Below, piece after piece: positions 24,371 through 32,000 of a DNA stretch of 32,000 nt (positions are counted from its first letter, which is position 1; each line of letters opens with the position of its first letter). The notes under the pieces are model-generated. The model did not search any database and had not been told where the DNA came from. It was given only the letters and a program-made list of their open reading frames with translations. This stretch comes from Geotalea uraniireducens Rf4 (GTDB taxonomy: Bacteria > Desulfobacterota > Desulfuromonadia > Geobacterales > Geobacteraceae), in contig NC_009483.1 in the NCBI RefSeq assembly GCF_000016745.1, positions 4,560,001 to 4,592,000 of the forward strand. Direction: 5' to 3'. The position numbers and the translations under genes were made by a program.

Positions 24371-25819
24371 CTATATCTTCAACCCCAAAAGCGGCCAGAC
24401 GAACACCACCGAACCGAGGAACAGGAGCCAGGAGATAATCATTATGACGACACCCGATACTATTATATCACGACTCTTGAGGTAACCCGAGGCATAGGCG
24501 ATGGCCGTGGCCGGGGTCCCCATGGGAAGGCAGTAGGCCAGCCCCGCCGGCAGGGCGATGGAGAGGGTCATCACCTTGGGGTCCATGCCGATGCTCTTCG
24601 CCAGCCCCATGCCGATGGGCATGAGGATCGCCACCACAGCCGCGTGGCTGATGCACTCGGTGAGAATGATCGAAACCATCGAGATGACGGCAATGGCGGC
24701 AAGGGGGGAGTGGGAAAAAGAGTCGAGCCCCTTCCCCACCAGCCAGAGCGCAGCGCCGGTCTTTTCCAGGGCCGTGGCCAGTGCTATGGAGCCGCCGTAC
24801 ATGAGGATGATTCCCCAGTTGACGTACTCCTCGATCTTTTCCCAGGAAACAACCCGGAAGGTGAAGAGCACCGCCGTCCCCAGCAAGGCGATGGCGGCCA
24901 GTCCCGCCCGCTCGCCGAAGCTGATCCAGCAGACTATGGTGGCGACCATCACCACGGCGGTGAGCAATTCGTCGAAGCCTATCCTTCCGGTATCGAGGCG
25001 CTTCCGGTTGAGGAACTTGAGCCCATCCTCGACGCTTGAAAGGTCCGGCGGGAAAAACCTCACCAGGATGAGGAAGCCGATGAACAGGAGCGGCAGAACG
25101 ATCATGCAGGCGGCTGTGGTCCATTCCAGAAAACTGAAGCTGAGCCCCGTGTTCTCCCGCAGCATGCCCGCTGCCAGGGGAGCCCTTGCCCCGCCGAGGA
25201 AGGTGGCGATCCCGCCGATGATGCATCCCCAGGCAATGGACATGAAGAGGAGCCGGCCGTAGTTGCTCTCTCCCTTCTCAAGCCTGAGCGCCGTAGCGAT
25301 TTCAGCCACCACGGGAAACATCATGGCGGCAACGGCGTGTTCGCTCATGACGAAAGAGAGAAGCGCCGAGAGGAGAAAGACTGTCAGTGCCAGGCGGGTC
25401 GGGGTCTTGCCGAAGCGGGCCAGCATCGCCCGCGCCAGCCGGGCAGAGAGGCCGGTGCCGGTCATGGCCGCCGCCAGGATGAAGGCGCCCAGAATGAAGA
25501 AGACCGCCTCGTTGCCGAACAGGGAATAGGTCTTCTTCGCCTCCATGATGCCCAGAAGCGGCAGCATCACCATGGAAAGAAGGGCGGTTACCGCTATCGG
25601 CAAAAGCCCGGAAACCCAGAGGAATATGGCGGCGCCGAACAGGACCAGGGCATGGTAACCGGCTACCGTGAGACCGGCCGGCGGTGATAACCTGAACAGG
25701 ACCAGACAGATGATCAGGAAGCCGGCGATCACCTGATAGCGGGCGGTGCGGTCCAGGACGATCAGCCAGAGGGGCCTGTTGTCTATCTTGAGCGGCTTTT
25801 CGAACAGTTCCTGTCCCAT
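24371..25819 (-). CDS. SLC13/DASS-family anion (probably sulfate) permease
   Basis: 482 aa, highly hydrophobic throughout with the two-repeat layout typical of DASS/ArsB-NhaD-type permeases. 1-nt overlap with the stop of the upstream gene. Confidence 0.75.
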   Translation of the reverse strand: MGQELFEKPLKIDNRPLWLIVLDRTARYQVIAGFLIICLVLFRLSPPAGLTVAGYHALVLFGAAIFLWVSGLLPIAVTALLSMVMLPLLGIMEAKKTYSLFGNEAVFFILGAFILAAAMTGTGLSARLARAMLARFGKTPTRLALTVFLLSALLSFVMSEHAVAAMMFPVVAEIATALRLEKGESNYGRLLFMSIAWGCIIGGIATFLGGARAPLAAGMLRENTGLSFSFLEWTTAACMIVLPLLFIGFLILVRFFPPDLSSVEDGLKFLNRKRLDTGRIGFDELLTAVVMVATIVCWISFGERAGLAAIALLGTAVLFTFRVVSWEKIEEYVNWGIILMYGGSIALATALEKTGAALWLVGKGLDSFSHSPLAAIAVISMVSIILTECISHAAVVAILMPIGMGLAKSIGMDPKVMTLSIALPAGLAYCLPMGTPATAIAYASGYLKSRDIIVSGVVIMIISWLLFLGSVVFVWPLLGLKI

Positions 25820-26331
25820 TACAGCCCCGCCGATTCGAATGATTCTTCCACCTGCTTCACCTTGAGGCTTCGCCGCAGATCAGAGGTGGCCAGGAGCTGC
25901 CGGTCGTAAACCTTTTCGATGAAACCCCTGAGGAGGCCCTTCGGCCTGGCGGAAACAAGTGGGGTGGTGAGGCTTAATAACGGCAGGAGCGGCTTTACCG
26001 CGACTCTGTGTTTCTTCAATCGGGATGCCAGGTGTTCGAAGAGCGCACCGATCTCCGCAGCCGGGTAATGGCCGGCCTTGGCCGATATCTGTACAAGCGG
26101 CACAACTCCGGCATCCAGGAGGTAATCAATGCCGCTCACCGTGGAGCAGAGCGGCTCTTCCCCGGCCAGCAGGGTTGCGGTAACCCCCCATTTCGGAAAC
26201 ACGGTCCGGGCGTATTGGATTGAACGAAGCAGTTCTTCCTTCTCAATGCCGCGTTCCTTCGCAAGCCCTTGGTCGAAAACCTTCAGGGAAATGTCGAGGA
26301 TGTCCACGCCGGCGGCGTAGGCACGTTCAAT

Positions 26332-26987
26332 AGTAAAGAACCCCGCCCAGAGGACGGGGCTTTGAAAGGCACCCCATAGGGGTGCTGAATGCGTGCCCTC
26401 ATAGAAGGCACGCTGCGAGTTGTCCCCTTTTATAAGGTTGCTATTTGGTTTCTGTTCGCTCTTTCTTCTCTTGATAGACAACGTACTTGCGGATCATCTC
26501 CGCATCAAGACCAACTGTATCAACACAGTAACCTTCGGCCCAAAAATGGTTGCCCCAATAGGGGCGTTCTTTGAGATATGGATATTGCTTGAATACCCGA
26601 ATAGCCGTGCGACCCTTGATAGCACCCATGAATTCCGACACTGATACCTTCGGAAGAATTTTAACCAACAAGTGCACGTGATCCGGTTGCACATTCAACT
26701 CCACCACTTCGCAACCAAGACGACCCGAAAACACTTGGATACACTTATACACCTCTTCGGCAACTGGACCACGCAACACACGATAACGATACTTCGGCAC
26801 CCAAACAATGTGATATTGACAGTGCCATAGAACGTGAGATAACTTCTGAAACCTGCTCATCTGCTGCTCCTTTCGACTTGAATTGTGGGGACAACTCAAG
26901 TTCAGGTGTAGCAGATGGGCAATCTACAGGCAAAGCCAACGAACGCTGACCCCGCCCACAGGACGGGGTTTTATGAGGCTCAATAAA
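26332..26987 (-). mobile_element. IS200-type insertion sequence, copy 2
   Basis: Identical to 2348-3003 over 656 bp. Same orientation as the surrounding operon. Confidence 0.9.
26441..26860 (-). CDS. tnpA: IS200/IS605-family Y1 transposase TnpA
   Basis: Identical to 2457-2876. Confidence 0.9.
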   Translation of the reverse strand: MSRFQKLSHVLWHCQYHIVWVPKYRYRVLRGPVAEEVYKCIQVFSGRLGCEVVELNVQPDHVHLLVKILPKVSVSEFMGAIKGRTAIRVFKQYPYLKERPYWGNHFWAEGYCVDTVGLDAEMIRKYVVYQEKKERTETK

Positions 26988-27367
26988 GGGGGGTGCCGGA
27001 TAGTCGAACCTTCCCAGCAGGTGGGTGCTGAAGTTTTTCTTGATCTGCCGCGCCAGGTCCTCTCCCAGGTGAAAGTGCCCGATATCGCCGAAGGTGAGGT
27101 GGAAGAGTTCAGCCGGGGCCTGGCAGTAGCTGTCAAAGAGCGCTTCGAGAGTTTCACTTGACTGCAACCCGCCGCCGATGAAGAAAACATTTTCCTCGCG
27201 GCGGAGTTCGGTTGCAGCAACCGGTTTTTCAGGCTTTGTCATCAAAGACCGGAGCTTTTGCTGGTCGACAATCATGCGCCTCTCCCTTTCGTAGGGTCGA
27301 GTTAATGTTATGGCAGGTACGTGCGGGCTATGGGAAACAGGGTGAGGACCAGGCGCCGCCCGATGGC

Positions 27368-27592
27368 TTACTCCCCGACCTTTTCCAGGGTGAGCACGTA
27401 GTGGCCGTCCGCTTCCTTGAGCCCGATGAGCTTGTGCCCTTCCCCCTTGAGGCTGCGCGGCACGTTCTTGACCGGCTCGCCGTCATCGAGGAGGAACTCC
27501 ACCACTTCCCCTTCATCCAGCATTTCCAGGGCCAGCTTGGCCTTGACAAAGTTTGTCGGGCAAGAGACGCCTCTTAAATCAACTGTGTGCAT
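27368..27592 (-). CDS. TusA/SirA-like sulfur-carrier protein
   Basis: 74 aa. DLRGVSCPTNFVKAK (conserved Cys-Pro motif). GGAGGG RBS. Confidence 0.8.
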   Translation of the reverse strand: MHTVDLRGVSCPTNFVKAKLALEMLDEGEVVEFLLDDGEPVKNVPRSLKGEGHKLIGLKEADGHYVLTLEKVGE

Positions 27593-27653
27593 ATTTCCCT
27601 CCGCGGCTTCGCCGGAATACTATCTGAACTGGTAGGAGCGAGGTGCGAGGCAA

Positions 27654-27693
27654 ACCTCGAACCTCGAACCTCGAACTTCGAACCTCGAACTTC
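27654..27693. repeat. heptanucleotide tract (ACCTCGA/ACTTCGA), 5.7 units
   Basis: Counted directly. It abuts the sulfite reductase stop codon. cgaggtgcgagg at 27639-27650 is complementary to the units. Confidence 0.9.
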
Positions 27694-28640
27694 TATGTCC
27701 CTATCTGGGTCGCGATCACCTGCGGCGCAATGGTCTCCGCCACCACGTATTCGGGGAATTTAGGCCGCAGGCGGCTCAAGAGCGAGTCGGAGCCTTCCTT
27801 GATGATGATGTCGCCGATCCTGACCCGTCCAGCCCCATCCGCTTTCTCCTTGTACCAGGCGAGGACTTCGCTGATGAATTCCACCACCCGCTCTTCCGGG
27901 ACAAAAGTGGCGAACAGGGTGCCGACGAGGGGATGGCGCCCCCACTTGCCGCCGATGCGGACCGTGTAGCCGATTTTCTCGGTTTTCCAGGCCTCGGTCG
28001 GGCAAACCTTGACGCAATCGCCGCAGTAAATGCATTTATCCGCGCGAAACACCGGCTTGCCGTCATCACCCATGGCAATGGCCCCTTCGGTGCACGACTT
28101 GGCGCAGAGACCGCAGCTGATACACTCCTCTTTCGAAAGCTCCGGCCAGATTGCCCCCTGGAAACCGACGTCGTTTGTGGCCGACTTGGGACAATCGAAG
28201 GGACAACCGGCAAAGCCGACCTTGAATTTGTGATGGCCGGTCGGGGTGCCGAACAGTTTCTCGTCCACCTCAAGGGCGGAGCGTTGGGTATCAACCAGGC
28301 CGTTCGGATTGTATTCGCAGCCGCCGCAAGCCGTCGGCACCCGCACCCGCGCCCCGCAGGAGGCGACCTTCTGCTCTCCTTCGCCCAGCTCGGCAACCAC
28401 CGCGTCGAAATCCCTGAAGTTGATATTGATCAGCTCGATGGATTGTCGCACGGAAAGGTGGACAAACTCGCCGCCGAACTTCTCGGCGACCTGGGCGATT
28501 TTCTTCAGCCGGGGCACGGTCATCCGGCCGCCGGGCACCCGCAGCCGGACGGTGAACAGGTCCTTGCCGCGCTCCTTGATGAAACCACCCGCCTTGAGGT
28601 TATTCAGGTCGATACTCGTCTTGCTGCTCTCGTCTGCCAT
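27693..28640 (-). CDS. small Dsr-like (assimilatory-type) sulfite reductase with ferredoxin insert
   Basis: 315 aa. Two 4Fe-4S ferredoxin motifs (CISCGLCAKSC, CIYCGDCVKVCP) plus sirohaem/cluster-type Cys groups (CGGCEYN, GCPFDCP). Confidence 0.75.
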   Translation of the reverse strand: MADESSKTSIDLNNLKAGGFIKERGKDLFTVRLRVPGGRMTVPRLKKIAQVAEKFGGEFVHLSVRQSIELININFRDFDAVVAELGEGEQKVASCGARVRVPTACGGCEYNPNGLVDTQRSALEVDEKLFGTPTGHHKFKVGFAGCPFDCPKSATNDVGFQGAIWPELSKEECISCGLCAKSCTEGAIAMGDDGKPVFRADKCIYCGDCVKVCPTEAWKTEKIGYTVRIGGKWGRHPLVGTLFATFVPEERVVEFISEVLAWYKEKADGAGRVRIGDIIIKEGSDSLLSRLRPKFPEYVVAETIAPQVIATQIGT

Positions 28641-28675
28641 GGTCCACTCCGTTGCCGTGCAATTGGCTATGCTTT

Positions 28676-28704
28676 GATACTACGAATTACAAGTAAAATA
28701 GTCA
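28676..28704 (-). promoter_or_regulatory. candidate sigma70-type promoter upstream of the sulfite reductase gene
   Basis: On the minus strand: TTGACT (RC of 28699-28704), a 17-nt spacer, then TAGTAT (RC of 28676-28681). It lies within a 117-bp AT-rich gap. Confidence 0.4.
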
Positions 28705-28757
28705 AGATAAAACATCAAAAGATATTACAGTGATCAAGTAAAGAAACATTGTGATCG

Positions 28758-29177
28758 TTAAACGACCCCGACCGCCTCGGGTTCGCCCCGGCCGGCAGCG
28801 ATGCGGAAGGAATTGAGCACCGGCCGCTCCGGCTCTGCAAGGGAGACGATGACATAGGAAACGTTGGGGGTCAGGGCCAGACGGATATCCTCTTCGGACG
28901 GCCGGGCCGGGGTTTCCGGGTGGGAGTGGTAGATGGCGAGCATCTCCAGCCCGCTGGCCCGCAAACCTTTGACCACAGCGAACTGCTCCTTCGGCTCCAT
29001 CATGAAGTGCTCATTGCTCTGGTCCGTGTTGGTCATCCGGTAAATGGCGGAGACAACACCGTCGCGGCCGCCGAGAATGCCGCAGACCTCAAGGGGAAAA
29101 CCCTCACGGGCGTGGGCGATGATGTCGTCGTGGATCGCTTTGGAAATTTTCAGCATGGGAAAAACCTTTTTCACCAC
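28758..29177 (-). CDS. JAMM/MPN+ metalloprotease (Mov34 family)
   Basis: EVCG... and HSHPETPARPSEEDI (JAMM motif). An alternative start exists at 29156. Confidence 0.85.
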   Translation of the reverse strand: MVKKVFPMLKISKAIHDDIIAHAREGFPLEVCGILGGRDGVVSAIYRMTNTDQSNEHFMMEPKEQFAVVKGLRASGLEMLAIYHSHPETPARPSEEDIRLALTPNVSYVIVSLAEPERPVLNSFRIAAGRGEPEAVGVV

Positions 29178-29195
29178 GGAGCCCTGTGGTGGATT

Positions 29196-30008
29196 TTATT
29201 TTGTTTCCAGATCGCATACGGTCAGGGCGTCCAGCTCGTCCTTAAGTTCGGTTATGGTCGGGTTCTCGCCGCAAATGGGACACTTTGCGCTTTTCTTGAC
29301 GGGAACCTCGCGGAACCGCATCCGCAGCGCGTTGTAGGTTAGGAGACGGCCGGTGAGGAGTTCCCCTTTGCCGAGCAGGTACTTGATCGCCTCGGTCGCC
29401 TGGATGGTACCGATCACCCCGGGCAGCACGCCGATCACCCCGGCAGTGGAGCAGGTGGGAATGGCGTCCTTGGGCGGCGGAGCGGGAAAGAGGCAGCGGT
29501 AGCAGGGGGACTTGCCAGGCTCGATGGTGATGGTCTGGCCGTCGAACTGGAGAATGCCGCCGTGGGAGTAAGGCTTGCCGGCAAGGACGCAGGCATCGTT
29601 GATGAGAAACTTGGCGGCAAAGTTGTCGGTGCCGTCGATGACGAAGTCGTACTCACTGATGATGTCGGCGATGTTGGCGGCGCTGATCCATTCCTGGTAG
29701 GTGTTGACCTTCAGCTCGGGATTGATCGCCTGCATCTTTTCCTTGGCCGACAGGACCTTGGCAATCCCCACGTCCTTGGTCTGGTGTATCACCTGGCGCT
29801 GGAGGTTGGACAGGTCCACCACGTCCGCGTCGGCGATGCCGATCGTCCCCACACCTGCCGCAGCCAGATAAAGGGCGATGGGCGAGCCGAGGCCGCCGGC
29901 GCCGATGATCATTACCCGGCCGTCAAACAACTTCTTCTGCCCTTTGCCGCCGACTTCCTTGAGGATGATGTGCCGTGAATAGCGGGCAATCTGTTCTTCG
30001 CTCAGCAT
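29196..30008 (-). CDS. MoeB/ThiF-family E1-like adenylyltransferase
   Basis: GAGGLGSP nucleotide loop. CYRC and CPIC zinc-type pairs. Confidence 0.85.
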   Translation of the reverse strand: MLSEEQIARYSRHIILKEVGGKGQKKLFDGRVMIIGAGGLGSPIALYLAAAGVGTIGIADADVVDLSNLQRQVIHQTKDVGIAKVLSAKEKMQAINPELKVNTYQEWISAANIADIISEYDFVIDGTDNFAAKFLINDACVLAGKPYSHGGILQFDGQTITIEPGKSPCYRCLFPAPPPKDAIPTCSTAGVIGVLPGVIGTIQATEAIKYLLGKGELLTGRLLTYNALRMRFREVPVKKSAKCPICGENPTITELKDELDALTVCDLETK

Positions 30009-30223
30009 CAGTGCTCTCCTCCGCCCATGAAATAGAGGAACTCCACGCTGTCGCCATCCTTGACATGGGTGGCTTCGAAGTTCTCGCGCTCCAGGATATC
30101 GCCGTTCAGTTCGACCGTCACGTAATCGGGCTGCTCCACCTTCAGTTCCGCCAGAAGCGCGGGGATGTTCACCGTATCTTTGCCGTCAATGGCGGCTTTC
30201 TTGCCGTTTACCGTCAGATTCAT
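30008..30223 (-). CDS. ThiS/MoaD-family sulfur-carrier protein with C-terminal GGG-EH
   Basis: 71 aa with a beta-grasp-like pattern, ending ...EFLYFMGGGEH. AGGAG RBS. 1-nt overlap with the E1 gene. Confidence 0.8.
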   Translation of the reverse strand: MNLTVNGKKAAIDGKDTVNIPALLAELKVEQPDYVTVELNGDILERENFEATHVKDGDSVEFLYFMGGGEH

Positions 30224-30240
30224 CTTTTTAATCTCCTCAT

Positions 30241-31494
30241 TTAAAGGTTATTGAGGGCACTATCAAAGTCCTCAATTATATCATTTATGGCTTCGATGCC
30301 AACCGAAACCCGCACCATCTCCTCGCCCACTCCCATCAGCCCTTTTTCTTCCGGGCCGTAATCGCAGCAGATGGTGCTGGCAGGGTGAATGACCAGGGTC
30401 TTGGCATCGCCAATGTTGGCGAGATTTTTTGCCAGCCTGACGCCGTTTATGAAGCGAAAGGCTGCGGCCTTGTCGGCAAGGCCGAAGGTCAGCACGCCGC
30501 CGAATTTGTCGCCGTAAAGTTTTTTTGCCACCTGGTGGTGGGGCGAATCCTCAAGTCCCGGATAATTGACCCATCTCACACGGTCATGCGCCTTAAGGAA
30601 CTGCGCAAGTTTTTGGGCGTTGGCACAGTGGCGCTCCATCCGCAACGAAAGGGTCTCCACCCCCTCGGCGAGCAGGAAGGAGTTCATGGGGGCGGCGCAG
30701 GCGCCGAAGTCCTTGTGGATCAGCTTCCTGGCCCGAGCGGTGAAGGCGAATGCCCGATATTTCTTATGGAACGGCTCGAAATGGGGAAATTTGTCGCTCT
30801 GCCAGTCGAACCGGCCGAGGTCGATAATCACACCGCCGATGGCGCTGCCGGTGCCGTTGATGAACTTGCTGGTGGAGTGAATAACGATGTCGGCGCCCAG
30901 ATCGGAGCCGCGCGCCAGGCAGGGAGTCGTCACCGTTGCGTCCACCAGCAGCGGGATGCCGGCCGCCCGGGCAATGAGGGCGATTGCCGGGATATCCGGC
31001 ACATCCATCTTCGGGTTGCCGATGGTCTCGACGAAGACGAGACGGGTTCTGTCGTTGATCCCGTTCCTGACTGCGGCCAGGTCGGTCGGATCGACGAAGG
31101 TCGTGCTGATGCCGTAGCCGGAAAGGGTGTCGCGGAAAAGAGAAAAGGTGCCGCCGAACAGGGACGATGAGGCGAGGATCTCGTCACCGCTCCTGACGAT
31201 GGTCATCACCGCCGTGGTGATGGCGGCCATGCCCGATGCTGTGGCAATCGCCGCCTGTCCCCCTTCCAGAAGCGCCAGGCGCTTTTCCAGGCTTTCCGTG
31301 GTGGGGTTCCCGACCCGCGTGTATACCTGCCCCACCTTCCGGCCGCGGAAGATGTCTTCCAGCTCTTCAGCCGTAGCCTGGGCAAATGAAGAGGACTGGA
31401 CGATCGGGACGGTGGTGGCGCCTGCCGGGCCCGGCTCCAGTCCGCCATGGATCAGGAGGGTGTCGAAACTGTATTTTACGGTTCTGTCTGTCAT
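30241..31494 (-). CDS. metY: O-acetylhomoserine sulfhydrylase-type PLP enzyme
   Basis: Cys/Met-metabolism PLP family. STSKFINGTGSAIGG contains the PLP lysine. I prefer the start at 31494 (GGGGAGAG upstream). Confidence 0.85.
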   Translation of the reverse strand: MTDRTVKYSFDTLLIHGGLEPGPAGATTVPIVQSSSFAQATAEELEDIFRGRKVGQVYTRVGNPTTESLEKRLALLEGGQAAIATASGMAAITTAVMTIVRSGDEILASSSLFGGTFSLFRDTLSGYGISTTFVDPTDLAAVRNGINDRTRLVFVETIGNPKMDVPDIPAIALIARAAGIPLLVDATVTTPCLARGSDLGADIVIHSTSKFINGTGSAIGGVIIDLGRFDWQSDKFPHFEPFHKKYRAFAFTARARKLIHKDFGACAAPMNSFLLAEGVETLSLRMERHCANAQKLAQFLKAHDRVRWVNYPGLEDSPHHQVAKKLYGDKFGGVLTFGLADKAAAFRFINGVRLAKNLANIGDAKTLVIHPASTICCDYGPEEKGLMGVGEEMVRVSVGIEAINDIIEDFDSALNNL

Positions 31495-31510
31495 CTGCTC
31501 TCCCCTTGAG

Positions 31511-31545
31511 TAAAAAAGCCCCATCATTGCTGAGAAGGGGCTTTA
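31511..31545 (-). terminator. intrinsic terminator (riboswitch expression platform)
   Basis: Minus strand: aaagccccttctcagcaatgatggggcttttttac. Lies between the aptamer and the metY RBS. Confidence 0.75.
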
Positions 31546-31570
31546 TACGGAAAGGACCGTTGAGCACCCA

Positions 31571-31678
31571 CCTCATCTTCGCCTGGTCAGTCGGCAGGAT
31601 TTAGCACCTGGCATTCGCTTTCGCGAACCGGTTGCTGTGGTTTCACAGGGCCTTTCCCTCCACCACTCTCGATAAAGC
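31571..31678 (-). promoter_or_regulatory. SAM-I (S-box) riboswitch aptamer
   Basis: Minus strand: CTTTATCGAGAGTGGTGGAGGGAAAGGCCCTGTGAAACCACAGCAACCGG...CCAGGTGCTAAATCCTGCC...GCGAAGATGAGG. This matches the conserved S-box core (UAUCnAGAG.GG.GGAGGGA..GGCCC..UGAA.CC..GCAACC...GUGCUAAAUCCUGC...AGAUGAG), and P1 pairs. Confidence 0.9.
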
Positions 31679-31840
31679 ACGGGTTTTGTCTTCAATTGTT
31701 TGATTGAACTCTACACTATCTTAAATTAAATTGTCAACTTAATAAACCATATTAGTTTAGTGTTTTGGTAGAGTATAGACATCCATACCAACCAGCATTC
31801 TACAGCTACTTAATCAGACGCACTATTCTCCAGAGAAATC

Positions 31841-31874
31841 AAAAAAAGGGTTCAAGTCTTACAACTTGAACCCC
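31841..31874 (-). terminator. intrinsic terminator for a minus-strand transcript entering from the right
   Basis: Minus strand: ggggttcaagttgtaagacttgaaccctttttttg. Confidence 0.65.
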
Positions 31875-31934
31875 TTCATTTATTCCGGATGGAAGATGAG
31901 GTTGATACCTGCAAATGGTCGTACTGTTTAACCT

Positions 31935-32000
31935 ATAAAAAGCATTTTAACCACGAATTTTCACGAATATACAAGCTCTTGTGATGCATAAGACACTCAC
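31935..32000. repeat. CACGAAT-type repeat element, copy B (cut by window end)
   Basis: ataaaaagcattttaaccacgaattttcacgaatatacaagctcttgtgatgca.. closely matches the RC of 9450-9518. Confidence 0.65.

Larger units (their letters stand above)
25819..27275 (-). pseudogene. hypothetical protein (radical-SAM-like C-terminal half, no CxxxCxxC) split by IS200 copy 2
   Basis: N-part 27275-26988 (MIVDQQ...GRFDYPAPP) and C-part 26331-25819 (IERAYAAGVDILD...). Deleting 26332-26987 joins them in frame into 266 aa. GGGAGAGG RBS upstream of 27275. Confidence 0.7.

Noticed and set aside
25819-26481. 220-aa ORF starting MSIKRRKSEQ (and its twin at 2231-2497)
   Set aside because: The first 50 codons are read-through from inside the IS200 end, and the same peptide appears at copy 1 in a non-genic context. 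Only the part downstream of 26331 is real coding sequence of the interrupted gene.

Overview
GC-rich bacterial chromosome segment. Gene content and repeat families look Geobacteraceae/Desulfuromonadales-like, but that is inference only because no search was possible.

Block 1 (1-11.3 kb) holds housekeeping genes: a c-type cytochrome fragment, dapF, a HIT hydrolase, nfo, a rhodanese + MauE/DoxX pair and plsY. They are interleaved with mobile DNA:
- IS200 copy 1
- a RelE/HigA-type TA pair
- a 161-bp CTAG-flanked MITE
- an IS256-family IS sitting just upstream of a frameshifted LysE exporter gene
- an apparently intact, endonuclease-less group II intron

Block 2 (11.3-20.7 kb) is an accessory patch:
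- a PilZ protein
- a class-II Fic protein behind three palindromic operators phased at 41 bp
- a nest of insertions: an IS4-like remnant cut by a Y1-HUH/DnaA-C fusion gene that is bracketed by inverted repeats, and an IS3 element inserted into an array of 23-bp phased direct repeats
- a visibly AT-rich island, with one ORF split in frame by a 219-bp MITE and a translationally coupled small-protein + membrane-protein pair
- a higBA pair whose toxin carries an in-frame stop

Block 3 (20.7-31.7 kb) lies entirely on the minus strand. In transcription order it runs: SAM-I riboswitch, metY, ThiS-like carrier (GGG-EH tail), MoeB/ThiF-like E1, JAMM protease, small Dsr-like sulfite reductase, TusA-like protein, a gene split by IS200 copy 2 (identical to copy 1), SLC13 permease, APS-reductase-type cysH, cysD and cysN.

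Several short repeat families are present: REP-like hairpin doublets, DnaA-box-like palindromic elements, CACGAAT elements and two heptamer microsatellites. I saw no rRNA, tRNA or CRISPR array.

The best candidates for something undescribed are the Y1-HUH/DnaA-C element, the 23-bp repeat array next to the AT-rich island, the small-protein/membrane-protein module, and the phased operator array at the Fic gene. All family calls rest on motifs read by eye. Element boundaries are approximate unless stated.
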